Positions 33,701 to 45,700 of a DNA stretch of 64,000 nucleotides are shown here, piece by piece (position 1 is the first letter of the stretch; each line of letters starts with the position of its first letter). The translations under genes and the position numbers were made by a program. This stretch comes from Diplonema japonicum (Eukaryota; Protista; Euglenozoa: Diplonemea): contig OZ025658.1 in the NCBI GenBank assembly GCA_964019335.1, forward strand, positions 744,001-808,000. Reading direction: 5' to 3'. The notes beneath the pieces are model-generated. The model made no database searches. It worked only from the letters and a program-made list of their open reading frames with translations, and was not told the origin of the DNA.

Positions 33701-36700
33701 TAAGAAGCTGCCTGTAACGGGGGCACCAGTGGTGGGCTGCGAGGTGGACGAGTGCGAGCAAATGAAGCAAATCTGCGAGAACGTCGACCAGACCTGCTAC
33801 GACCCTGACCAGCTGGTGCCCAATAATTGGGAGTGCAACTGCGCGCTGCCAATGAACGGAACGAAGGTGGCAAAGCCTGCTGAGTGCACCCTTGACAAGT
33901 GCGCTGCAGACTGCGTGGGCCCAACCTGCGCAAACACCACGTGCTCGGATGCCAACCAGATCTGCCACGATCCCTCCACCGCCGCCCATTCCAAGGGGAG
34001 TCGGACCTGGACTTGCACGTGCCTTCCCCCATACACAGGTAATGCTCATGGGAGCGCTGCCATCTGCCGCATCGACGAGTGTGTGGAGGCCTGTCCGACA
34101 TGCGCGGACAACGCTTGCTCTAACGTCTCGCAGATCTGCAACGACCCCGACACGAGTATTCTGGGTGACTGGACTTGTTCGTGTCCCTCCCCCGCACAAA
34201 AGCCTTCCCAGAAGATAGGTCCCGTGACCCCATCGTGTGACGTCGACGAGTGTACCATCCACAGGAAGACCTGTGAGGCCGTTCAACAGGACTGCTTCGA
34301 CCCCGACCAGAGCAAAGTGGGGGATTGGCAATGCAAGTGCAAGCTCCCCATGAATGGGAACAGCACAGCGATGCCTGCGGAGTGCACGATCGACGAGTGT
34401 GTGATGAGCTGTCCCACTTGCGCGAACGATACCTGCAGTAGCAGGGGCCAGATTTGCGAAGACCCCGACACCTCGAAATACAACGACTGGACTTGCACCT
34501 GTCCCTTGCCTAGCACCAGTTATGCCGTGAACAATTACGCTGAGTGCGTCGTTGACGAGTGTGTGGCAAACTGCTCCACGTGCTCCCTCGGAGTCTGCAC
34601 CTCGGAAGGCCAGCACTGTCACGACCCCGATGTATCAGCGAACAGCACGGGCAACTGGATCTGCACGTGCCCGTCTCCGTCGGAAAGCTTCGCCAAGGGG
34701 ATGGTTGCGACGCCTTGTGTTGTTGATGAATGCAAAACCCCCGACAATGAGAAGATGTGTGCAGATGCCGGCCAGGAGTGTGTGGACCCGAACCCCTCGC
34801 TGAGCGGCCGCAACGACTGGGAGTGCCACTGCATTGTGCCGCCTGCTGTGAGGAACGGGTCTGCGGTGATGCGCCCTGCTGACTGCGAGTACCCAGGTGA
34901 ATGCATGACAGACCCTGAGGCGAGGAAATGTGCCGCTACCGGCCACATCTGCGATGACCTCAACACCGACCCCACTTCCACAGGCGACTGGGTGTGTATG
35001 TGTGCACCGCCTTCAAGTGGGCGGAACGTGACCGCCACCACACCTGGCGGGGTCGCAGGGATGGTGTGCGAGACGAACGAGTGTGAAGTTGTGTGTCCAA
35101 CCTGCGCGCAGACCGTGACTAGCCCTATCAATCTGTGCACTGTGGAGGGCCAAAGGTGTACCGACCCCGACACGAAGAAGTACGGTGACTGGCAGTGCGA
35201 GTGCCCCACCCCATGGGCCGGGATCCCCGCTACTACTGCTATCGCGAGCTGTTCGCTCGATGAGTGCGTTGCAGACTGCCCAACTTGCTCGAAGGGGACC
35301 TGCGCCAACGCAGGGCAGACTTGCGAAGACAGACGGACTGGGGTGCATGACCTTAGAGACTGGATGTGCGTGTGTGCGCTCCCTGCCGTGGGGAACGCTA
35401 CTGCGAAAGTGGCTGACTGCATCTGCGACGAGTGCCAGGAGGCCACTCAAAAATGCGCCTGCGGGGCAGTTCTGCTTCGACCAAGACACCAGCTGCAACA
35501 GCAAGAACGACTACATATGCGAGTGTAAGGCGCCCTTCGACGGGACGAATGACGCTCTACCGGCCTTGTGCACGGTCGACGAGTGCATTGAAAACAACGC
35601 TACCTGCACCGCCGTGGGCCAGACCTGCATCGACCACAACCGGACCCAGCTTGACGACTGGAAATGCTTGTGTCCGAGCCCCAGTCACGGGGATGAAGTG
35701 GTCGGTCAGGCGGCACGGAACTGCAAGATCGATGAGTGCGTTGACACATGCCCCACATGCGCGGGTACCACCTGCTCGGACGCGGGCCAGACCTGCAAGG
35801 ACGACGACACGGATGCCTCCAGCACGGGGGACTGGATCTGCATCTGCAAGCCTCCTGCGGCAAACAACTCCGCGACGGGGAAGCCCGCCACCTGCATCTG
35901 TGACGAGTGCGTGGACGACACCGTCTGTGCAGGTACAAACCAGTCTTGCTACGATGTGAACACCGTGTGCAACACGCCGTCTGACTTTGTTTGCGAGTGT
36001 GAGCCCCCGATGATCGGAAACGCCACAGGGGCCCCTGCCACGTGCTCCTTCGACGAGTGCGAGATCAACAGCGCCACGTGTGTTGCGCAGGGACAGGAGT
36101 GCTACGACCCCGACCTCACAAAAGTCAGCGACTGGGAATGCAGGTGCAAGCTTCCCAGCGTCGGAAATGCCACAGCTCAGGCCGCAGAGTGTGTGTACGA
36201 CGAGTGCAGGATTCAGGATTGCGCAACGTGTGCCAACGATACCTGCAGCGCTGCGGGGCAGGAGTGCGAAGACTTGGACACGAGCCCATTGGAAACGGGT
36301 ACCTGGGTGTGCAAGTGCCCATCACCATCAAACCATGCTGCAACGAGGAAGGTTGCCGAGTGTGACCTCGATGAGTGCAAGGACCCGACCAAGGCCGGAA
36401 AGTGCACAGAGATGTGCGAGCCAGGAACCCTGGATTGCGGGCAGACCTGCTACGACCCGTTTCCGACAACTGCGAGCACCGATGACTGGAAGTGCCTGTG
36501 CCCGTCTCCTGCTACGGGAAATATGACTGCTGGTCCTGTGTTGCACTGTATCTACAATGAGTGCGAAGAGATGGAGACGGTCTGCGCGGCAGAAGGACAG
36601 AAGTGTAAGGACACGAATCTCCAGACGCTGAACGACTGGACTTGCGAATGCGCATCTCCTGCTACTGGGAATGCTACGGCGAGACCGGCTCGGTGCTTGC

Positions 36701-39700
36701 TTGACGAGTGCAGTGTCCAGAACTGCCCCACATGCGCAAACGACACCTGCACATCCGCTAACCAGTTGTGCGAAGACGATCCAACAAGAACTGGTGACTG
36801 GGTCTGCAAGTGCCTGTCCCCCTCCAACCACAAGGCAACAGGAAAGCCTGCGGTTTGCGACATCGACGAGTGTGAGTTGCCGCAGAACAACTGCACTGCG
36901 AACTGTGTTGCGCCAAACACCCCCAACTGCGAGCAGACTTGCTTCGACGAGAATACATCCCCCGACAGCCTTGGAGATTGGTACTGCAACTGCCCCCAAC
37001 CCACGAGCGGGACAGGCAAGGCACGTGCCGCCATGTGCACCGTAGACGAATGTGTGGATCACGGGGCCACCTGCGATGCTGAGGGCCAGACCTGCAGAGA
37101 TATGAACACCAGCAAGCTTAACGACTGGGAGTGCGTGTGCGACCCCCCATCTGTGGGTTCGGCAGAGATGGAACCCGCCACCTGTGTGCTCGACGAGTGC
37201 GTAGAGACCTGCGATACTTGCTCGAATAACACCTGCAAGGACGCCGGTCAGACGTGCGAGGACCTTGATACTTCGCCCTCGCAGAAGGGCACTTGGACAT
37301 GTAAGTGCCAGTCTTCGAGCAGTTATGCAACAGGGACAGCTGCGATCTGTGAGGTGGATGAGTGCGAGGCGAACGGGTGGAAGTGCACCGCCGACTGCTT
37401 CGGTGCCTTGAACTGCGCTCAACGGTGCTTCGACCCCAACGTTAGTTCCAGCAGCTTGGGCAACTGGAGGTGTGTGTGCCAGCTCCCCTCAACTGACTCC
37501 GCTGAGGCGAAGCCTGCCGTTTGCACTGTGGAGCCATGCCTTCATGACAACGAAGCGGCGTGCGAACAAGACCCCGATGGCTGTGAGTGGTCACTGCTCC
37601 CCACACCCGTCTGCAAGCCGGTCCCCTGTAAGCACACTAAAGAAGTGGATTGCACAGCTGAAACAGGTTGCGAGTGGCTTGTCTACTCTGGCCCTTCCGC
37701 GAATGCAGGGACAGGTGCCGTCTCCTACGAGGCGCTGGTGCCTGTAAAGCCGTTTCCCGCAGCCACATGCAACGCCAGTTGTTCGTGCGCCACACAGAAT
37801 GCGGTTTTCGTCCGCATCGGCGACGGCTATGTGAACGGGAAGGACTCTCTCACCTGTGGTGCTTGCACCACCACGGGGGTAACCGCAAATTGGCAAGCTG
37901 CGCATGGCTCTCTGACAGTGGTCAGCAGCGGACAAGGGGTGAGCGGAGACAGACTTGCTGAGATTGTGTCCAGCATTGAGTTCACGACCTCGTCAAGGGA
38001 AGGTGGAAAGAAGACCCTCACATGGGACTTCGGGACCGCTCTGCAGGCTGACTCAACCGCCTGCAGCGGAGTTGTGAATCTTGTTGGCGGTGTGTGTGTG
38101 ACTGAGAAGTGCGACTACAACACGGCAGCAACATGTGAGGCTGACCCGTACTGCGACTGGGTTGGTGGCACGTCCGACCCTTGTGTGATCGCTCCCTGTG
38201 TGCTATACCCCAACGAGAAGGAGTGTTCGAGGGATCCTGACTGCCGTTTCGACGTGAGCAGCTCACCTGCCACGTGCAAGGAGAAGCCTTGCAGAGTCTT
38301 CAGTGGTCCTGTGGAATGCAATGCGGAGGATGAATGCATGTGGGATGCAACGCAGACAAAGTGCGTGGAGAAGGAGTGCAGCACGTTCAGCGATGACCGC
38401 TGCAGGTGCCACACGGAGGACAGGTGCTACTGGGATGTGCGTGCCACGGTCCCGAAGTGCGTGGAAAGCAAGTTTGGGCAGTGCCCTGTGCTGGACGTGG
38501 TGTTGTTGCTGGATGGCTCGGGTTCGATGAACGATCCTTTCAGCCCCCACCCGCACGGCTTCAACGCCATGATGGAGATGATTAGGGACTGGGTGAAGAC
38601 CCTGCCCCTCACGGGCGAAGACCACACTGTTGGAAAGGCATCGACAGCCCTCAACGGCGGGCTTAGGATGGGGATTATCCAGTTCTCTGGTCCTATCCCG
38701 GAGGCAGTGAAAACACCCATTGGCATAGGCTCCTCGGGTTCCCTAACCGGTGACCTCGCTGAGCTGCAGGGGGACATAAATTGGCATGAGGCAAACTACA
38801 TTCAGGGGAGCACCTTTATCGCGACTGGGCTTAACTGGGCTGGGGCCATGTTCCAGTTTTCCCCGTCCACAAGGCAGAAGGTGCTCATTATCGTGACGGA
38901 CGGAGCCATCAAGGACACGGCTTCCCTCGCCCCTGCGAAAGCAGTCCTCGCCGCTGAAGGGGTGAAGATATTCGGTGTGGTTCTGAAGAACAAGGCGAAC
39001 CTGAACAACGCAGCCAATGCCGAAGCCACATTGAAGCCCATCACCTCCGACCCGCACAAAGACCACTTCAAAAACTTGTGGATCGACGAGATGCCTGACC
39101 AGGTCCTGAATGGGATCTGCGATCCAAACAGCAAGTGGGGTCAACTTCTCATGACGAATGATAACCAAGTCGGGATGCACAAGCCGTGCCCACAGCACGG
39201 CCTCCAACCGGAGTGCACCGCCGACCCTGGCTGTGTGTGGAGCGGTGTAGGTCTGTCATGTGTGGATTCCCCTTGTGTAGCCCACTGCGACGAGCCGAAG
39301 TGTACCGCAGACGCCGTGAACCACTGTCAGTGGAAGATCGTGAATGGAACCACCGAACCCTCTTGCTGGGTGGAAACGACTTGCGCGTACAGCGACGAAG
39401 CCTCGTGCGAGGCGGACCCGCAGTGCAGCTGGGATGTCTTTAAGCCTGACTGTGTGGAACGCCCCTGCAACCAGCCCACAGAAAACGAGTGCGAGGTAGA
39501 CCCCGTTGGTTGTGAGTGGTTCGCTGGAACGAGCACCTGCGTAGAGAAACCTTGCAAGCACGCCATGCAGGCTGATTGCACTGCTGACACTCTCTGCGAG
39601 TGGGATGCCTGTGCAGGTGTCGTTGGTGGCGGTGCCTGTCAAAAGAAGAGTTGTGACCCAAGTGTCTTCACAGACGAGGTATCGTGCACAGAGGACACTC

Positions 39701-42700
39701 GCTGCCAGTGGGTCAGCAGCAGCAGCAGCAGCGTGTCAGGCTTCACTTGTGCTCAGGAGCCTTGTGCCATCCACTCTGGGGAGAGGTGCTGCAACGCCGA
39801 GGCAGACTGCCACTGGGACACTTCAGTGGCACCCGCGCAGTGCAGTGTGACGTATTGCGCGACAATGAATACCGAACAACCAAAGTGCGACAGCGACAGT
39901 CAATGCGTGTACGAGGGAACGAAGTGCGTGGAGAAGGAATGTGGGAAGCTTACAGAGTGCAACTGCAGGAAAGACATCGACTGCTACTGGAACGGAGACA
40001 AGAGATTCTGCACCCCTTTCCAGTACGGGCAGTGCCCCACGCTGGATCTCATCCTTTTGCTCAGCGGTTCGGGTTCGATGAAGGGAGACTTCTCGCGCCA
40101 CCCGAATGGGTTCGAGGCACTGATGGAGATGATCAGGGACTGGGTGAAGATTCTACCTTTGAACGGGGAGAAGGGGAGCGTTGGCATCAATTCGCAGCCC
40201 AACAGTGGGATGGTGCGTGTGGGTGTTGTGCAATTCTCTGGGGTAGACGCAAAGGGTGCGGACCCCGGTAGAGCGGATGCTCAGGCAACCCCTGCCGGTA
40301 TCGGCTCCTCGGGTAGTCTCACTGGTGATTTCGCGGAGCTGAACGCTGACATCAACTGGCAGGAGGACAACTACTACGGCGGCGGGACGATGATCGCGAA
40401 GGGGTTGAACGATGTGGCAGAAATGTTCCATGCCTCGCCGAATGACGGGAGGCGGAAGGCTCTCATCATCATAACGGATGGACAGATATTCGACCCGAAC
40501 TTCTTGTCGCAGGCGCGTGCTGAGCTCGATAGAGAGAAGGTGCAGGTGTTTGGTGTGGTTGTAAGGACAGGGAGTGCTTACACTACGACCGACGACCTCG
40601 CGAAGCAGACCTTGAAGCCCATTGTATCTGTGCCGCAAGACAGCCACTTCCAGAACCTTATGATTGACGAAGTGCCCACCATGGTGCTTGGCAACCTTTG
40701 TGACCCGATTGGCGAGTTTGGCAGTTTTATTGTCGGGGGCAACGGGAGTACTAGTGTACACACCCCGTGCAAGCAACACACTTTGATAACGTGCAACGCC
40801 GATCGTGGCTGCGTGTGGTACGACGCGACCCTCTCCTGCGCGGACACTCCGTGCATGCAGCACTGCGAGGAGATCTCTTGCAGGAATGACACGACAAACA
40901 AATGTGCCTGGGATTCATTCAAGAACCTGTGCCAAAAGGAGCCTCAGGTGGAGTGCGACTCGCTCTCCGTGAGTGAGTGCCCAGGCAATAATGCATGCGA
41001 GGTTTCCAAGGACAAGGTTCCAACATGTGTAGACAAGAAGTGCGTGCACGACACAGAGCAGGGCTGTGTGGCGGATCCCGACAAGTGTGTGTGGAACAAC
41101 ATCGATTTGACTTGCGTGCAGCAGCCGTGCAGCTACCCTGACGAGACGGCTTGCGAGGGTGACGTGCTGTGCAGCTGGAACGACGGGAACAACCCCTTGT
41201 CTTACAGCAAAGGTGTGAGTATGTACCCATTCAACCTCTCCTGCGACGCTACCGCTACCTCCGCCACGTGTGAAGGTGGCTGTGCTGGGCAGGTGAACGG
41301 TGCTGCCGTGAGCATCGACAACGCTGACTATGTGAAGGGGAAAGACACGCTGGAGTGCGCTGAGTGCCCCGCTCTCGGGATCAAAACGGAGTGGTCGGCT
41401 AAGACGGGTGCACTCGTTTTGATCTCTGTTGACGGGCAGGACAAGTCCCTGACGACGTTCACCGAGGCCATCAACAAGGTGACTTTCGTGACCACGTCCG
41501 CTGCGGGGAACCCTAGGGGTATCACTTGGAACTATGGCCAGGGAGTGTACGACGCCAGAACGGGCCACTACTACCGCTACTACGCCTCGAACACAGTGTG
41601 CCAGACCACTGGTGGTGTTACAACAGCAGGCTGCACGTGGGAGGATGCGAAGCAGGCCTGTGCTGCTAAGTCCTTCCTCGGGGTTGATGGTTACCTGATG
41701 ACGGTGACCTCGGACACAGAGACGGAGGTTGCCAGGGGAAGGATCGCTGCCGAGGGTTGGATGGGTGCTTCTGCAACGAACGGTGCGTGGACGTGGAGCA
41801 CTGGCCCTGAAGATGGGACAGCCATCAGCAGCTACGAGAACTGGATGTCTGGGGAACCGTCATCTTCCACCGACGGGAACGGCTACTTCTTCCCCAACGG
41901 GGAATGGGGCAGTGTAGCCAAAACCAGCAACAAGGCAGTGCTCGGGTATGCCTGCGAGTGGGGCAGCACGAAGGGTCCGGCCTGTACTGGCTCTGTTGAG
42001 AAAGTGGTGGTGAATGCGGGTGCCTGTGTGGAGAGGAAGTGCACTGAAATCAGCAGGACCGGGTGTGTGGCTGATCCTTACTGTGACTGGATAGTAAACA
42101 CCACGACGTGCGTGCAGAAGCCCTGCACGGACGCTATGGCAGAGCTCCCATGCAACAGGAGGGAGGGATGTCATTGGAGCCCATCCATCTCTCCTGCGAT
42201 GTGCGTAGAGGAGCCTTGCGCCGAGCTGAAGGACAGCCCTACCTGCAACGCTGACAGTGACTGCATGTGGGAGGACGGGAAGAACAGGTGTGTTAAGAAG
42301 AATTGCAACGACCTCGTGAAATGTCCGTGCATGGAGGACCCGAAGTGCTTCTGGAAGTTGAGAGCTGCCGGTGGCGGTGGGTCGTGCGTGAAGGATGCCT
42401 ACGGCCAATGCCCTACTATGGACATTGTGGTACTCGTGGACGGTTCGCGGTCCATGAAGGAGTACTTTGGGCACCACTTGCATGGTTTCTTCGCCCTGAT
42501 GGAAATGCTTGGTGACTGGATGCAGAGCCTGCCATTGAACGGTGAGGCAGCCACCGTAGGGGCAGCTTCCCAAGCAAACACCGGGAAGGCGCGTGTTGCC
42601 GTGGTGCAGTTCTCTGGCCATCCACAGTTCTTCAGCCCCCCAAACACCTGGAGCGGCCCTGTGGTGGAGTCGGTTGCAGTGAGCCCCGTTGGGGTGGGTA

Positions 42701-45700
42701 CCGCCGGCCGCCTTTCAGGTGCGTCTTCAGAGCTAAAGTCGGATGTGTACTGGCACGAGAGCAACAACCTTGGGGCAGGGTCCTACATCGCAAAGGGCTT
42801 GAAGAGGGCTGCCACTATTTTCGCGAGCTCTTCGCCGACCGACGGGAGACAGCGTATCCTCCTCATCCTCGCTGGCGGAAAAATAGAGGATACAGGTGCG
42901 GACAAGGACATCATGGTTCAGGCAAAGCAAGAGCTTGACGGGCTTTCTGTGCAGACCTTCGGCATTGTGGTGAAGAAGTCTGCCCCGCACACGCAAACCG
43001 ACGTGGAGGCTACCCTGAAACCCATCGTGTCCGTGCCGCAAGAGAAGCATTTCATGAGATTGCAGATCGACGAAATCCCTGAACAGGCACTGCACGGGCT
43101 GTGCAACCCCAACGGCCCGTGGGGACAGCTCATCGTCACCCCGCAGACCGCGCAGGTACACCAGCCCTGCCAGAACTACATTGCGAAGGCGACTTGTGTT
43201 ATCGACAAGGGCTGCTCCTGGTCGGACGTCCTCACCTCGTGCCTGGACTCTGTGTGTATGGCCCACTGCAATCAGTGGACCTGCGAGAGCGAAACCTCGA
43301 CAAGGTGCTTGTGGGACGCAACTGTTGAGGAGTGCTTCAAGAAGCCGGTCTGCCAGTACACTTCGGAGGTGAGCTGCAACGACGACCAGGAGTGCAAGTG
43401 GGACCGGGAGTGCATTAAGAAGCCATGCGACTACCCCGAGGAAAACAGCTGCATCACTGACAGCACCTACGACTGCGTGTGGTCGACGGTGACAAAGGAA
43501 TGCAGCGAAAGGCCTTGTAACTACAACAACACTGCTGACTGTACCGCTGATACAGGGTGCCAGTGGGAAACCTCGTGCGGGGGGCACAAGGACCAGATGT
43601 GCATCGTGAAGCCGTGTTTGCACAACAACGAAACCGGGTGCAAAGAGGACGTGATGTGCAGCTGGGAGAGTTCTTCGTGTGTTGTTGCAACCTGCGCACA
43701 CTACCCAGATGAGAAGTGCTGCAACCGGAACGATGGCTGCCACTGGAACGTGCAGCAGGCCCCTGCTGTCTGTTCGCAGCTGCCGTGCCGTTTGCTCGGT
43801 TCAGAGGGCACTTGCAACGCGGACAGAAACTGCATGTGGGAGGGCAGCGGCAATACTTGTCTGGAAAAGATTTGCGGGAGGTACACCACAAGATGCCCTT
43901 GCGAGGCGGACCCTGACTGTTTCTTCGTTGTTGGCCCGAATCACTGCACCTTCCAGCGCTACGGGATGTGCCCCACGCTCGACGTGGTGGTGCTTCTGGA
44001 CGGTGGGGTGTCGATGGGCGAGAAGTTCGGGCGGCATCCCCAAGGTTACTACGCCCTTGTGGAGGTTATGAGGGACTGGGCAAAGACCCTTCCTCTTTCG
44101 GGGAGTGCGGCAGGTGCGTTTGCGCCGGCCAACAACAACGCTGTGCGTCTTGGATTCGTACAGTTTGCGGGCAGCAGTCTGTGGCCGGCTGGCGATGCAA
44201 AACAGGCCCTTACCGCTACCGGTGCTGGGACCAGCGAAGGGCGCCTCACCGGGGTGCTCTCCGAGATAGAGAGGGACTTGGAATTCCAGGAGGACAACTT
44301 CATGGGCGGGAATGCTGCACGTCAACCCGGTCCTGCCACCACCTACCTCCTTGCAGGTTTGGAGAAGGCCATGAGTCTTTTCAGGACCAGCCCTGTGGAC
44401 GGGAGGAAACGTGTGCTTATCGTTGTGGCCGACAGCCCTCTTGATGACAAGGACAAGTACCAGACCGTAATGGCGGGCCTTGCAGCCTTGCAGGTGCACG
44501 TGTTTGGTGCCACGGTGCGCCCATCAGTGCAGTCCGCAGAAAGCTTGCAGGCCGCCGCTGATGTGAGGGAAGTAGTGTCTGACCCGAAGGATGGCCACTT
44601 CGTCAGTGTGGAGATCGACCAGCTCGCGACCTCGTTGAATGGCCTGTGCAACCCCAACACCCACTTCTGGGGACAGTTCCTTGCGGCTACTGCAGTCCAC
44701 GAGCCGTGCAACCTCAGGGTCGAGATGACGGAGTGCGACGAGGATGTTAGCTGCGTGTGGTTCGACACCACCCAGTCGTGCGGGGACTCTCCGTGCCTCA
44801 CCCACTGCGAACAGCCTTCCTGCGTGGGGGACATGTCCAACAAGTGTGTGTGGAACGGGGATTCGTGCGAGAGGGAGAAGATCTGCGACTACCCCGACGT
44901 TGCTGCTTGTGAGGCAAACTCCGGCTGTGAGGTAGACGAGAAGGGTGCTTGTATTAAGAAGAAGTGCACGCACGACACGGAGTGGGGCTGCGTGGCGGAC
45001 CCTGACACATGCGTGTGGAACAATCTCGACCAGATCTGCGGGCGGAAACCGTGCAACTACGACAATTTGGACCAATGTGTGCTGGACCTGAAGTGCGATT
45101 GGAAGCAGCTGGTGCCGGAGTGCGTGCCCAAGCTCTGCACATACAGCAACCAGACCGCTTGCGAAACGACCGAACCTGGGAAGTGCGTGTGGGAGGGCAA
45201 TAAGTGCGTGGCCGCTCCCTGCAAGCAGTACCAGAGCGAGATCGAGTGCAAACTGGATGACAGCTGCGACTGGACCACCGAGTGCGAGCGCGCCTACTGC
45301 GAGCGGTACGCCGGGGACGCCAACGCGTGCGACAGCGATGGTCTCTGCATGTGGGACCGGGCGAGGAATAGGTGTGTGAACAAGGAGTGCGGTGCCTTCC
45401 AGAACGATACGTGCCGCTGCCACAAGGACGCGGACTGCTTCTGGGATGCTGGTGTGTGCAAGACCGCGAGATTCGGCGAGTGTCCTACCCTTGACATTGT
45501 GCTCGCAGTGGATGGCTCTGCAACGATGACTCAAACCTTCTGGGAGAACCACCCACATGGCTTTTATGGGCTGATGGAACTGCTGAAGACGTGGACCGGG
45601 AAGCTCACCCTGAGCGGGGAAAAAGCCGGTTCCGCGACCACCTTGACCGGGATGACCAGGATTGGTGTTGTGCAGTTCAGCGGGAAGCCGGCCATCAAGA

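Noticed and set aside
31623-34622. 999-aa minus-strand ORF and other antisense ORFs
   Set aside because: Shadows of GC3-biased sense codons, with no recognisable motifs.
35185-35457. Independent start for the 8502-aa ORF
   Set aside because: Its first ~90 codons are off-frame text overlapping valid Cys repeats of the upstream ORF, with no signal peptide or intergenic spacer.
35409-35469. An intron explaining the giant-gene frameshift
   Set aside because: Nearby GT-AG pairs give 30 or 38 nt (wrong phase) or 7 nt (too short), and would delete conserved cysteines.
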